DNA of 64,000 nucleotides from Myxococcota bacterium. Its GTDB lineage: Bacteria > Myxococcota_A > SURF-8. Shown piece by piece: positions 37,561-47,094 of this stretch. Where the stretch lies: assembly GCA_965140415.1 (NCBI GenBank), contig OZ223209.1, forward strand, positions 4,320,001-4,384,000, written 5' to 3'. Every line of letters starts with the position of its first letter. The stretch's first letter is position 1. The position numbers and the translations under genes are program-made. The notes under the pieces were generated by a model. It was not told where the DNA came from. It made no database searches and saw only the letters and a program-made list of their open reading frames with translations.

Positions 37561-39888
37561 ATGCGCTACCTGTTAAGCCTGCTGCTGTTGTTGGGACTAC
37601 TGTATTCCTGCGACGACAACTCCACCGGATCGGACGAGACCGACGGCGACAACCTGCCTCCCAATTCGTGCGCAAGCGATGAGGATTGCGCTGTCGGTTA
37701 TTACTGCGATCTCGACATCGAACAATGCCGCGCTTTCGGTAACGGCACCCCCTGCACCGATGACAATGACTGCCCACAAGGCTACGTCTGTGCATCCGAT
37801 GGTAGCTGCGAAGTGGAAACCACTCCACCTGCGGATGGCGATAAGGAAGCGGAATCCACCAGCGATGGAGATCTCGCAGATGGCGACCTGATCGACGGAG
37901 ACCAAATTGACGGTGACCTGATCGATGGTGATCTGGTTGATGGTGACGAGCCGGTGGTGGATGGCGACACCGATCTGCCGGTACGCTGCGACGATCACCT
38001 GCCTTGCACCGAAGACGAATACAACGGTGTGCAATGTGTATTCACCCTGCTGTCGGGATATTGCCTGATCGATGACGTCTGCGATTCGGATGGCCAACTC
38101 AAACCGCAATTTCAATGCAGCGCCTGCCGCTCCGATCTCGTCACGGATGCCTGGAGTAACGCTCAGGACGATCTGCCCTGCGAAGATGGCCTTGTCTGCA
38201 CCACCAACGATCGCTGTCAACAGGGGGCTTGTCTTGGAGACACCGTCTCCTGTGATGATTCGGTGGACTGCACCACGGATCGCTGCACCGAGCCTTCCGG
38301 CTGCCAGTTCGTTCCCGATGATAGCACCTGCCCCGAAGGATATACCTGCGACCCGGATGAAGACTGCACCGCCATTCCCTGCACGGAAAATGACGCCCGT
38401 TGCGTGGACAATGAAGAGCGCCAGATCTGCGACGAAAACGGAGTCTGGCAGACGGATCAGATCTGTTCCGCCCCTACACCGGTCTGCACCGAAGCCGGTT
38501 GTGTCGCCTGTCAGCAGGGAGCGAAACGCTGCGAAGGCAATCAGGCGCTCGTTTGCAATACACAGGGTCAATGGGAATCCGAAACCTGTCTGGGACCGGA
38601 CCCCGCCTGTCAACAGGGAGAATGCGTACCCTGCACGGATGACGATCTCTGGTGCGGTCACACCGGGGACGAAGACTGGGCTTTGTATCGCTGCAACAAC
38701 GGTGAATGGCAGATCGAAGAAGATTGCGAAGGAGACACTCCCATGTGTGGCGAGTTGGATGGTGTGCTGCAATGCCTGGAATGTCCGCCGGGTAGTTATC
38801 GCTGCGATGGTCTCTCGCACCAGGTCTGCGATGAATACGGAATCTGGCAAATCGACCCCTGCCCCACCAATCGTCCTTATTGCGAAAGCGGACAATGCGT
38901 AGTCTGCCTGCTTGGCGATACGCGCTGCGGCGATGTGGAACAAAGCGAAAACGCAAACGACGTCTACACCTGCGAAGGTGGTGAACTCTCCAATCACTGG
39001 GAGTTGCAAGGCCCCTGTCCATCGGAAACCCCCAGTTGCAGCGATGGCGTCTGCGAAGCCTGCATTCCTGGCGATACACGCTGCGCCGACGATCCCGGCC
39101 AAACCGAAATCTGCAACGACGACGGATTGTGGGAAGCGGGCGAGGCCTGCGAAGGAGGTTATTTCTGCGATCCTGAAACAGGAGAATGCGGCGAAGGCTA
39201 CTCGTTGTACTTCGATGGTGAATCCCGCATGGAAATACCGGACAACAACGAATACGACCCCAACGCGGAATTCACGTTGGAAGCCTGGATCTTCCCGTTG
39301 AGCTTAAGCGGCAACTGCGACAGTTCCGGCAACACGGTTCTGGAAAAATGGGACGCCTGGCCCATCGGCACCTACATGCTGGCGGTCTGCTCCGATTTCT
39401 ATGGCCGCCCCAATGTGGCGCGCTTCTATGCCTATGTAGACGACGGCGTACAGGATTATTTCCACTCCAGCAACAACGCCATTGATATCGGCGAATGGAA
39501 TCACGTCGCCGTCGTCTGGGCCGATGACCGCATGGATATGTTCGTTAACGGTGTGCGCGAGCACCACCAACTCAATTACATCGGCTGGAAAACACCGAAT
39601 ACCTACCAGCAAAACGTCCTGGCGGTAGGCCGCCTGAATCAGCGGCTTGGCTGGGGATTTCATGGTTACATCGATGAAATCCGTATCAGCAAGGTGGCGC
39701 GTTACGATGGCGAAAGCTATACCCCGAGCCAGCATTTCCAGGTGGATGGCTTAACCACTGGTCTGTGGCATCTGGACGATGTCAGCGATGAAACGGTCTG
39801 CATCGACTCGAGTTACAATCATAACGGCGATAACAGTTTCGGCGCCAGCTACGATCCGGCAGGTGTCGGCGAAACTCCTGCGGATTGA
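37561..39888 (+). CDS. Cys-rich repeat lipoprotein with C-terminal LamG/concanavalin-like domain
   Basis: Lipobox LYSC, DGD pentapeptide repeats, about six Cys modules (C..G..RC...C...G.W...C). LamG motifs FTLEAWI, GEWNHVAVVW, FHGYIDEIRIS, LWHLD. Confidence 0.85.
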   Translation: MRYLLSLLLLLGLLYSCDDNSTGSDETDGDNLPPNSCASDEDCAVGYYCDLDIEQCRAFGNGTPCTDDNDCPQGYVCASDGSCEVETTPPADGDKEAESTSDGDLADGDLIDGDQIDGDLIDGDLVDGDEPVVDGDTDLPVRCDDHLPCTEDEYNGVQCVFTLLSGYCLIDDVCDSDGQLKPQFQCSACRSDLVTDAWSNAQDDLPCEDGLVCTTNDRCQQGACLGDTVSCDDSVDCTTDRCTEPSGCQFVPDDSTCPEGYTCDPDEDCTAIPCTENDARCVDNEERQICDENGVWQTDQICSAPTPVCTEAGCVACQQGAKRCEGNQALVCNTQGQWESETCLGPDPACQQGECVPCTDDDLWCGHTGDEDWALYRCNNGEWQIEEDCEGDTPMCGELDGVLQCLECPPGSYRCDGLSHQVCDEYGIWQIDPCPTNRPYCESGQCVVCLLGDTRCGDVEQSENANDVYTCEGGELSNHWELQGPCPSETPSCSDGVCEACIPGDTRCADDPGQTEICNDDGLWEAGEACEGGYFCDPETGECGEGYSLYFDGESRMEIPDNNEYDPNAEFTLEAWIFPLSLSGNCDSSGNTVLEKWDAWPIGTYMLAVCSDFYGRPNVARFYAYVDDGVQDYFHSSNNAIDIGEWNHVAVVWADDRMDMFVNGVREHHQLNYIGWKTPNTYQQNVLAVGRLNQRLGWGFHGYIDEIRISKVARYDGESYTPSQHFQVDGLTTGLWHLDDVSDETVCIDSSYNHNGDNSFGASYDPAGVGETPAD
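37864..37947 (+). repeat. Coding tandem repeat, 15-nt period (DGDxx x6)
   Basis: DGDLA-DGDLI-DGDQI-DGDLI-DGDLV-DGD. Confidence 0.9.
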
Positions 39889-40036
39889 TCGAGTAAAAGA
39901 TTTGTCACTTACTGTGGGAGGGTGATGTAGTTGCGAGTCATTGCATTCTCATCCGTCCTTGACGCCCTCCCCCGCTTCTGTTAACAATGAATCGGAAGGA
40001 TAGGAATAGCTTCGCATCCAACAACAGGAGACAAGC

Positions 40037-41152
40037 ATGGGCGAACTCTTTACGCCGGTCGCAATTCACAATCTGACACTTCCCAACCGTATCATCCGCT
40101 CGGCCACTTGGGAAGGCATGGCCGATGACGATGGCAACGTCGGACCGCAACTCGTTAATTTCTACCGTGAGTTGGCACAAGGTGGTCTGGGTCTGATCAT
40201 CACCGGCTACGCCTACATACGCCCGGACGGAAAAGGTCTGCCGCGCCAGATCGGCGCATACAACGACGAACAGATCAAGGGACTGGCAAGTATCGCCAAG
40301 GCAATTCACGATGAGGGCTCATTGGCCTTTGTACAGATCGTCCATGCAGGTGGGCAAACGTCTACCAAAACGACGGGGCAGATCGAAGTGCTTGCACCTT
40401 CTTCGGTGTATTATCCAAGTAACGATGTCACTCCGCGTGAATTGAGTTTAGATGAATTACCGGGCTTGATGGCCGATTTCGCCGACGCCGCCCGTCGCGT
40501 CAAGGAAGCCGGTTTTGATGGCGTACAATTGCATGGGGCGCATGGCTATCTGGTCAACCGCTTTCTCAGTCCGGCCAGCAACCTCCGCGAAGACGAGTAT
40601 GGCGGCAGCCCGGAAAATCGGGCACGCTTTGCGGTGGAAATCATCCAGGCGATGCGCAAATGCCTGGGCGATGATTTCCCTATTTCCGTCAAGCTCAATG
40701 CCGAAGATTTCGAGGAAGGCGGCCTACAACCTGCCGACGCACTAATTGCGGCGAATCTGCTTGTAAATGCCGGAATCGACCATCTCGAAATCAGCGGCGG
40801 CACTCCGGCTGCGGGGAAACTGGGCGCAAGCCGTCTGGGTATCAACAACCCGGAAAAAGAAGCCTATTTCCGTACACAGGCCGCAGAAATCAAAGCCGCT
40901 ATCAGTTCGATTCCGGTAGGTGTGGTGGGTGGCATTCGCAGTTACGACGTCGCCGAAAGCCTGATCGCAAACGGCGAAGCAGACACCGTCAGCCTGGCAC
41001 GCCCGCTGATCTGCGAACCGCATCTTGCCAAGCGCTGGCAACAGGGTGACCATGCTCCCGCCAAATGTTTAAGCGATTCGCGCTGCTTTGTGGCCGGATT
41101 GAAAGGCGGGATTCAATGCACCACCGCCAAGCAGAAACCGCAAGAAGGGTAA
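40037..41152 (+). CDS. NADH:flavin oxidoreductase (old yellow enzyme family)
   Basis: LPNRIIRSAT, QIVHAG, AGFDGVQLHGAHGYL, NLREDEYGGSPENRARF, SLARPLI; AGGAG RBS. Confidence 0.95.
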   Translation: MGELFTPVAIHNLTLPNRIIRSATWEGMADDDGNVGPQLVNFYRELAQGGLGLIITGYAYIRPDGKGLPRQIGAYNDEQIKGLASIAKAIHDEGSLAFVQIVHAGGQTSTKTTGQIEVLAPSSVYYPSNDVTPRELSLDELPGLMADFADAARRVKEAGFDGVQLHGAHGYLVNRFLSPASNLREDEYGGSPENRARFAVEIIQAMRKCLGDDFPISVKLNAEDFEEGGLQPADALIAANLLVNAGIDHLEISGGTPAAGKLGASRLGINNPEKEAYFRTQAAEIKAAISSIPVGVVGGIRSYDVAESLIANGEADTVSLARPLICEPHLAKRWQQGDHAPAKCLSDSRCFVAGLKGGIQCTTAKQKPQEG

Positions 41153-41559
41153 GTTTCCAATATCCCAGAATGATGGGTTTCCTGATCTTGCCTCTTCTCG
41201 TGATATAGGCAAGATCGGTTGTAATCCGACTTGCTGTTAATTCCTACCCCGCTTTCATTCAACTGGGTGCATCACAAGAAGTTGCAAACCTGTATGATTT
41301 TAGGGTGGCGCGGGCTAAGCCGCAGGCTTGCCCGTGTTAAAGAGCCACATGGGCAAGCTCCGTTTCTCTTCGCTTGTCCAATAATTCCCGTCGCTTGCAT
41401 TTGACTGACCTTTTCCCTTGCACTATCCAACCAAAGCAGGGACAATAAGAAAATCAAGTAGTGAACTGGACGGGAGGCAGTAGCAATCGGCTTGTTGTAT
41501 CCGAAATGTGTCTTCCGATCGAAACAGAACCGGCAACTGAACCGCATTGGGAGGAAACG

Positions 41560-41982
41560 ATGCCGATCAAGGCTTTTTTCGTGACACTGTTTGTTATGTT
41601 CGTTTTATGCGCCTGCGGCGACAAAGTCGATCCCGGTGATGCCGTGACCCTTCCGGATGGAGATGGAACGGAGCAGGCGAACTGCATCGCCTATCAAAGT
41701 CGCATCAAGGATATCCTCGACGCGCGCTGCATCTCCTGTCATTCTTCGGCACTTGTGGGTTCCGATCGCAATAGCGCTCCGGCGGGTTACGACTACAATA
41801 CCTATTCCAACACCGTCGCCACCGCCGATTCCGCCAATAGCGCCATCCAGAACGAATCCATGCCCAAAAACGGAAGCATGCCGGAGTCCGAACGCGCCGA
41901 CTTTCAATCCTGGATCGAATCTGGCACTCCTGGTATTTGCACGACAGGCAGTGACGGAGATCTGGACAGCAGCGAAGAATAA
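41560..41982 (+). CDS. Monoheme c-type cytochrome lipoprotein
   Basis: GGAGG RBS before ATG 41560; lipobox LCAC; CISCH heme motif; distal MP axial-ligand motif and ...QSWIESG. Confidence 0.85.
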   Translation: MPIKAFFVTLFVMFVLCACGDKVDPGDAVTLPDGDGTEQANCIAYQSRIKDILDARCISCHSSALVGSDRNSAPAGYDYNTYSNTVATADSANSAIQNESMPKNGSMPESERADFQSWIESGTPGICTTGSDGDLDSSEE

Positions 41983-42048
41983 CCCCTGTTTATCACTCAC
42001 CTCCATCCTATCGAACTTGTTGGGTGATATAAAAGGAGACGGATTAAA

Positions 42049-43059
42049 ATGACGATGCCCACCAAAATCATGGCGCTGTTTTCATTGCTGGCGTGGCTGC
42101 TGTTATACAGCACTCCGATTTACGCACAAACCCCGGAGGCGGAACAAGAACCGTCAACTTCCGATTTGGCCGCAGCGGAAGAAGCCACAACCCAAGTATC
42201 CACATCCCCAACTCCTGCGCAGGCAAACGAATCGGAGGATGAAGAAATCGAAGTCGTCGATGACGTCGAGGATGTCACGCAGCAACCGCCGCTGTACAGT
42301 TCCGAAGCCTGGGCCGATAAAACCGCCTTTCCTGCCATCGAACGGGGCGTCAACCTGGCTACCGCACGCACGACCAAACGCAATGCGGTCTTGATCGTCA
42401 TCGATCATCGTACGAATCAGGCGTTCACCAAAAACACCTGGCGCGATTATTTCGGTCTGGATGCCGGAAAGCTGAAAATCGGGATCGGGGTTCGTTACGG
42501 CATTCTGGACAATCTGGATATGGGTATTTATCGACTGGGCGGCGCACATGAAATCTTCGATGCCTATGAACTGGATCTGCGCTACCGATTTCTAAGTCAG
42601 CAGGATTATCACCTGGATATGGCCGTGCGGGCGGGTGTGACCTGGTTTTATCAACCGGATCGGGATGACGCAGTCGGCGGTTTCGGCCAGTTGATGCTCA
42701 GCCGCGAATTCTTCAACCGGCTGCTGCTTTCCGCCAGTGCCCTGTTCCACTCCGAATCTTCCTACCAAACGAAAAAATCCACAGACGATGAATGGAGTTT
42801 CGCGGTAGGCGGACTAGTAGAAATCCGCCTGATCAAATGGCTGGCCTGGAATCTCGAAGTGATCGGCGGAGTGGCGGGCTATCACGAAGAATACCCCAAT
42901 TTCTCCTCCGCGCTGAAGTTCATCACCAGCATGCATACCTTTTCCCTGGTTTTATCCAACACCCAGTATCTCAATGCAGACGGCATCGTCTCCGGCTCGC
43001 ACCGCGACTGGGACAACCTGGTGGTCGGATTTCAGATCACTCGTGAAATCACTTTCTAG
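42049..43059 (+). CDS. Outer-membrane beta-barrel protein (DUF5777-like)
   Basis: Signal peptide, acidic linker, IDHR, FGLD, IGIGVRYGI, HTFSLVLSN, amphipathic strands, C-terminal GFQITREITF with terminal Phe. Confidence 0.75.
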   Translation: MTMPTKIMALFSLLAWLLLYSTPIYAQTPEAEQEPSTSDLAAAEEATTQVSTSPTPAQANESEDEEIEVVDDVEDVTQQPPLYSSEAWADKTAFPAIERGVNLATARTTKRNAVLIVIDHRTNQAFTKNTWRDYFGLDAGKLKIGIGVRYGILDNLDMGIYRLGGAHEIFDAYELDLRYRFLSQQDYHLDMAVRAGVTWFYQPDRDDAVGGFGQLMLSREFFNRLLLSASALFHSESSYQTKKSTDDEWSFAVGGLVEIRLIKWLAWNLEVIGGVAGYHEEYPNFSSALKFITSMHTFSLVLSNTQYLNADGIVSGSHRDWDNLVVGFQITREITF

Positions 43060-43074
43060 GCAATGGAGGTTCCC

Positions 43075-43476
43075 ATGTTGACACGTCGCTTGTTTCTGCT
43101 CGGTTCCGCCATCAGCGCAGTGGCCGCCTGGTTCTATTCACCACTGGTTTCTGCAAAAGCGAAAAAGCTGGCCCTGCCGTTAAGCAAAGCTCCCAAACTC
43201 AGCAGTGTAGAGGGCTGGGCGGTTTTAAAGATCAAAGGAAAAGAGATTCTGTTTATTCGGAATTCCGAAACATCGGTCACAGCGCTCAGCGCGCTATGCA
43301 CGCACAAAAACTGCCAACTCTCCTACGATCCCAAAGAAAAACACATTGCCTGTGCCTGTCACCGCTCCAGTTTCAATCTCGAAGGCAAACCACTTGGCGG
43401 ACCGGCCAAAAAGCCGCTGGCCAACTATCACGCCAAGCTTTCAGGCGAAAGGATTCTCTTTGAACTCGAAGAATAA
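43075..43476 (+). CDS. Tat-exported Rieske [2Fe-2S] protein
   Basis: Twin-arginine TRRLFL; Rieske boxes CTHKNC and CACHRS; GPAKKPL; GGAGG RBS before ATG 43075. Confidence 0.92.
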   Translation: MLTRRLFLLGSAISAVAAWFYSPLVSAKAKKLALPLSKAPKLSSVEGWAVLKIKGKEILFIRNSETSVTALSALCTHKNCQLSYDPKEKHIACACHRSSFNLEGKPLGGPAKKPLANYHAKLSGERILFELEE

Positions 43477-43501
43477 GTCATATCATTTTTTCCCAAGGCC
43501 A

Positions 43502-44083
43502 TTGTTTGTTGTTGTTTGCACGCTGGCAGTTTGCCTTGCTTTTCTAACGTCGTCGGCAACGACACTCGTATTTGCAGAAGACAATGAGGACGTGGAAGAA
43601 GTCCTGGATGTCGAAGAGGTCGAAGTCGCGCCCTCTTCACAGGAACGGACCAACTCTGCATTGCCGGATTCAATTCTCAGCACATTGATTCACTCGCTGC
43701 ACCGACCGCTCGTTCATTTTCCGATTGCCTGGCTGATCCTGCTGTTCTTTGTCGATGTCGCCACCTTCGGGTTTCACAGAAAATGGGAGAAAGCCGGCTA
43801 TTATCTGGGCTGGGCAGCATTGGTGGCCTTTGTTCCCGCTATACTCAGCGGCTGGCTGCGCTCGCAACAGATGCCCGTTTCCGGGGAAACCTTGGAAATG
43901 CTCCTGGAGCATCGCAACCTGGCGTTAGTAACCATGGTAACGCTTTCCGCTTTGGTCGCTTGGCGACGGCTTCACAAAAACCACATGAATGCAAAACAGC
44001 AGGCAATCTACATGATTCTACTATTGATTGCGGTTTCACTCGTACTGGAAACTGGCCACCATGGCGGAAAATTGCTTGGATAA
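43502..44083 (+). CDS. DUF2231-like membrane protein (His-bearing, about 4 TM); start approximate
   Basis: HRPLVHFPIA, LEHR and ETGHHGGKL motifs within TM helices. TTG 43502 is the first plausible start after the Rieske stop. Confidence 0.75.
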   Translation: MFVVVCTLAVCLAFLTSSATTLVFAEDNEDVEEVLDVEEVEVAPSSQERTNSALPDSILSTLIHSLHRPLVHFPIAWLILLFFVDVATFGFHRKWEKAGYYLGWAALVAFVPAILSGWLRSQQMPVSGETLEMLLEHRNLALVTMVTLSALVAWRRLHKNHMNAKQQAIYMILLLIAVSLVLETGHHGGKLLG

Positions 44084-44151
44084 TCAAACAAATACAGTCT
44101 TAGCGCTTTAGAATATCGCTAGCCCATTCAGCGAAAAGCTTGCAAAAAGCC

Positions 44152-44181
44152 TTGTCGAAGCGCCCAGGCTCCTTTTATACT
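44152..44181 (+). promoter_or_regulatory. Sigma70-type promoter
   Basis: TTGTCG-18 bp-TATACT 40 bp upstream of the 52-aa ORF. Confidence 0.45.
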
Positions 44182-44221
44182 ATGGCCTCTGAAATCGTCG
44201 AGTCATATGGAGTTTGACAAC

Positions 44222-44380
44222 ATGAGTTCACCTTCGTTACTGAAAGAATTGTGGATGTTCTTACGGGTCAGGAAGAAATTCTGGATGGCCCCCATCATCC
44301 TGACATTGTTGCTTCTGGGTGCATTGATTCTCTTTTCCGAGAGTTCCGCATTGGCACCGTTTATTTACGCGCTGTTTTAA
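44222..44380 (+). CDS. Small membrane protein, DUF5989/SxtK-like (52 aa; absent from ORF track)
   Basis: Translated by hand: MSSPSLLKELWMFLRVRKKFWMAPIILTLLLLGALILFSESSALAPFIYALF. GGAG RBS; RKKxWxxP...APFIYxLF signature. Confidence 0.88.
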   Translation: MSSPSLLKELWMFLRVRKKFWMAPIILTLLLLGALILFSESSALAPFIYALF

Positions 44381-44427
44381 ATCGCTCGAAGCAAGCGAAT
44401 CACTTCTATCGCGCGATACTGGTAAGC

Positions 44428-44904
44428 ATGGACGAACTCCGCTTTATCTGCGACGCCATGCTGGGACGGCTGGCGAACTGGCTGCGTATTCTCGGCTATG
44501 ATACCGTTTTCATTGCGGATATTGCCGATAACGAATTGATTGCAATCGCCGAAACGCAAAAGCGTGTGCTGCTAACTCGCGATACGCACCTGCTGAAACG
44601 GAAGCTTTTTCGTTCACTGTCACACGGATTCATTTCCAGCAATGATTTCCGAGAACAAGTACGACAAGTTATAGCAGAATGGCAACTGACGAAAGCGCAC
44701 ATCGGCACGCGTTGTTTGCGTTGTAATGAAGTGTTGCAGCAAACGTCGAAAGCCAGCGTACAGAACGTGCTGCCGTTTTTCGTCGCCGCTACGCAAACAC
44801 AATTCAAGCGCTGTCCGCGCTGTCGCCGCGTGTATTGGCCTGCCACACATCATGAATCATTCCAACGCGAAATCGACGCCATGTTCACGGACTGCGATTT
44901 CTAG
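44428..44904 (+). CDS. Mut7-C RNase domain protein (PIN-like + Zn ribbon)
   Basis: FICDAMLGRLANWLRILGYD, RVLLTRD, RCLRCN, CPRCRRVYWPATH. Start reassigned to ATG 44428. Confidence 0.92.
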   Translation: MDELRFICDAMLGRLANWLRILGYDTVFIADIADNELIAIAETQKRVLLTRDTHLLKRKLFRSLSHGFISSNDFREQVRQVIAEWQLTKAHIGTRCLRCNEVLQQTSKASVQNVLPFFVAATQTQFKRCPRCRRVYWPATHHESFQREIDAMFTDCDF

Positions 44905-44942
44905 GAAAATCCGGAATAGAGCTTTTCACTATCAGGAAACTT

Positions 44943-44971
44943 TTGACAGCCCACGCCACTTTTAGGTAGAC
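44943..44971 (+). promoter_or_regulatory. Sigma70-type promoter
   Basis: TTGACA-17 bp-TAGACT upstream of ATG 45018. Confidence 0.65.
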
Positions 44972-45017
44972 TCTGCGGCGAATCACCTTTCGACCTTTTC
45001 TCATGCAGGAGAACGTC

Positions 45018-46973
45018 ATGAAATTCTGTACGCTTTTAACACTTGTACTTACCATTCTCGCTGCACCGTTCTTGCTGCTGGCGGATGCGTCCGGCACTTG
45101 GGAATTGCAGTTTTTGAATTTCAATCAGGGTAACGTGTTTAACGCCATGGATGCCGCCGATGCGGATGTAATCGTCGCCAGCGGAGTGGAAACCAATTCG
45201 CAAGGCGGACAAGATCCGGTCGTCAAACGTTCGATCAATGGCGGCACCACCTGGAACGCCGTTCAAATCCCGACCAATGGCGGTTTGTTTCCGGCGATGT
45301 TCACCGAAATTCAGATGATCAACAAAGATATCGGGTTTGCGGTCGGCTCGGAATTCGGTTTCACCGGCAGCGTCGCAGGACCAGCCTGGAAAATCACCGG
45401 TATGGGAGCGACCTGGGAACCGCTCGTCACACTGGATGCCAACTACCATCCGATGTGCTCCCACATTTTCTGCCTGAACGAAACCCATTGCTGGCTCACC
45501 TGCCTGGATGGTGAAATCCTGTACACCGCCAACGGGGGAACGTCTTTCTCTTCGGCCACGATTTCTCAGACCGATCTCGAACCGGGTCCGATTCACTTCA
45601 TCGATGAAAACCATGGTTGGGCGGCTTTTGGTTTGTCTGAAGGCGAGGATGATGAACCCAGCACCGTTCTGAACCGTGGTACGATTTACAGCACCTCAAA
45701 CGGCGGTGTGGACTGGCAACAGTTAACGACCGACCAGCCCTATGTATACTACCAGATGGACTTCGTCAATACACAGGTCGGCTATCTTTCCGCCTCCGAT
45801 GACAACTACGCCTACTTGTTGAAAACCAGCAACGGCGGTGTAGACTGGTTCGTGCTGCCGTTACCATCCGAAATTCAGGGACAGTTCGGTACTTCTCCGT
45901 TGTGGCTGGTCAGCGATTTGAAATTCTTCGATGAAAACACCGGCTGGGTGGCTGTCAGCTACGGTACACAAGAAGGAAGCGTGGGTAACACCTTGTATAT
46001 GAAGTACACCGAGAACGGCGGTTTAAACTGGTTCGATCATCAGATCATCAACCCGCAGGACAGCAGCGCCATCGGCGGACATATTCTGGACTTCGATTTC
46101 ATCGACGAGCACTTGGCATTCGCTGCCGGTGAAATGCAGGTAATCGCGAAATACGAAGATGGGCAGTACGTCCCACCTGATGGCGACTCTCCGACCGACG
46201 GCGATGGTGTAACCGATGGCGATGGCAGCGATGGCGATGTGGATCAGGAAAAAGAGCCGCTGTATCATGGTGGTCCCGGCGAACCCTGCCCGATTCCCGG
46301 CTCCGAGCCAGATTTCGACATTCAACGCTGCGACGCCGAAAAAGGCTCACCATTATGCGCCTGGCGCGATTCGGCGGAAACCTTCTGTACCGCTTTCTGT
46401 CAGAAAAACGAAGACTGCCGCCCGCTAAGCGCCGATGCGCAGTGCAAACCGGTAACGTTGGAAGGCCAGAGCAAACACATCTGCCTGCTAAAGGGAGAAT
46501 ACATCACCGACTATTCCGGCGACTGGTACGGCTACTGGCGTCCGCTGTTGGGCGAAACCTGCGCCGATAGTGACCCGCTCTGCGATTTGAATTACACCGG
46601 AAAGATCTGCATCAATGAACCCAGTGTCACTCCCTTCTGCTCGACGTTATGCCTGACCGACGACGACTGCCTGGGCGGCTTCATCGAAACGGTCTGCTGC
46701 AACGGCAACGCAGGCGGCGGGCAGCTTTACTGCCGTTACGGCGACTTGTGCGAAGAGCCGGAACCCACAGACGGCGACGGCAGCACCGATGGCGACAGCA
46801 ACACCGACGGCGACAGCCCAATCGGTCCGGGACCGGTTACGGATGGCGACGATGGCGGCTCGTCTGAAGACGGCGGCAGCAGTGGCTGCATGCAATCGCC
46901 CGAGACTTCCATGCTGCTGTTCGGATTGCTTGCGCTCTCCATCCTGTTCATCAGGAGAAAAGCACGAATCTGA
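45018..46973 (+). CDS. Secreted BNR/Asp-box (YCF48-like) propeller protein with Cys-rich modules and C-terminal sorting tail
   Basis: AGGAGA RBS; signal peptide; Asp-boxes SINGGTTW, TANGGTSF, TSNGGVDW x2, TENGGLNW; DGD linkers; tail GGSSGCMQSPETSMLLFGLLALSILFIRRK. Confidence 0.85.
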   Translation: MKFCTLLTLVLTILAAPFLLLADASGTWELQFLNFNQGNVFNAMDAADADVIVASGVETNSQGGQDPVVKRSINGGTTWNAVQIPTNGGLFPAMFTEIQMINKDIGFAVGSEFGFTGSVAGPAWKITGMGATWEPLVTLDANYHPMCSHIFCLNETHCWLTCLDGEILYTANGGTSFSSATISQTDLEPGPIHFIDENHGWAAFGLSEGEDDEPSTVLNRGTIYSTSNGGVDWQQLTTDQPYVYYQMDFVNTQVGYLSASDDNYAYLLKTSNGGVDWFVLPLPSEIQGQFGTSPLWLVSDLKFFDENTGWVAVSYGTQEGSVGNTLYMKYTENGGLNWFDHQIINPQDSSAIGGHILDFDFIDEHLAFAAGEMQVIAKYEDGQYVPPDGDSPTDGDGVTDGDGSDGDVDQEKEPLYHGGPGEPCPIPGSEPDFDIQRCDAEKGSPLCAWRDSAETFCTAFCQKNEDCRPLSADAQCKPVTLEGQSKHICLLKGEYITDYSGDWYGYWRPLLGETCADSDPLCDLNYTGKICINEPSVTPFCSTLCLTDDDCLGGFIETVCCNGNAGGGQLYCRYGDLCEEPEPTDGDGSTDGDSNTDGDSPIGPGPVTDGDDGGSSEDGGSSGCMQSPETSMLLFGLLALSILFIRRKARI

Positions 46974-46992
46974 TGTGAGTTCGCTGAGTTTT

Positions 46993-47025
46993 AAAGGACC
47001 GGCCTTACCCGCCGGTCCTTTTTTT
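46993..47025. terminator. Intrinsic terminator (likely bidirectional)
   Basis: AAAGGACCGGC-cttaccc-GCCGGTCCTTT followed by a T-run, between convergent genes. Confidence 0.88.
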
Positions 47026-47094
47026 ACATAGTTTCATGATGTTATCCATACCACTCATGCTATCATTGGCCGCGCAGGCGCTTCGTTCTTTTCC

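Noticed and set aside
37597-39102. 501-aa antisense ORF (and the 276-aa alternate-frame ORF 38072-38902)
   Set aside because: Shadow of the Cys/Asp-rich lipoprotein gene, whose codon bias suppresses stops in other frames; no recognisable motifs.
41281-41360. GCAAACC plus hairpin 41326-41358 as a possible c-di-GMP-I riboswitch upstream of the cytochrome cassette
   Set aside because: No GNRA-capped P2 stem or GCAAAGC junction. Only a single 12-bp hairpin of unknown role is supported.
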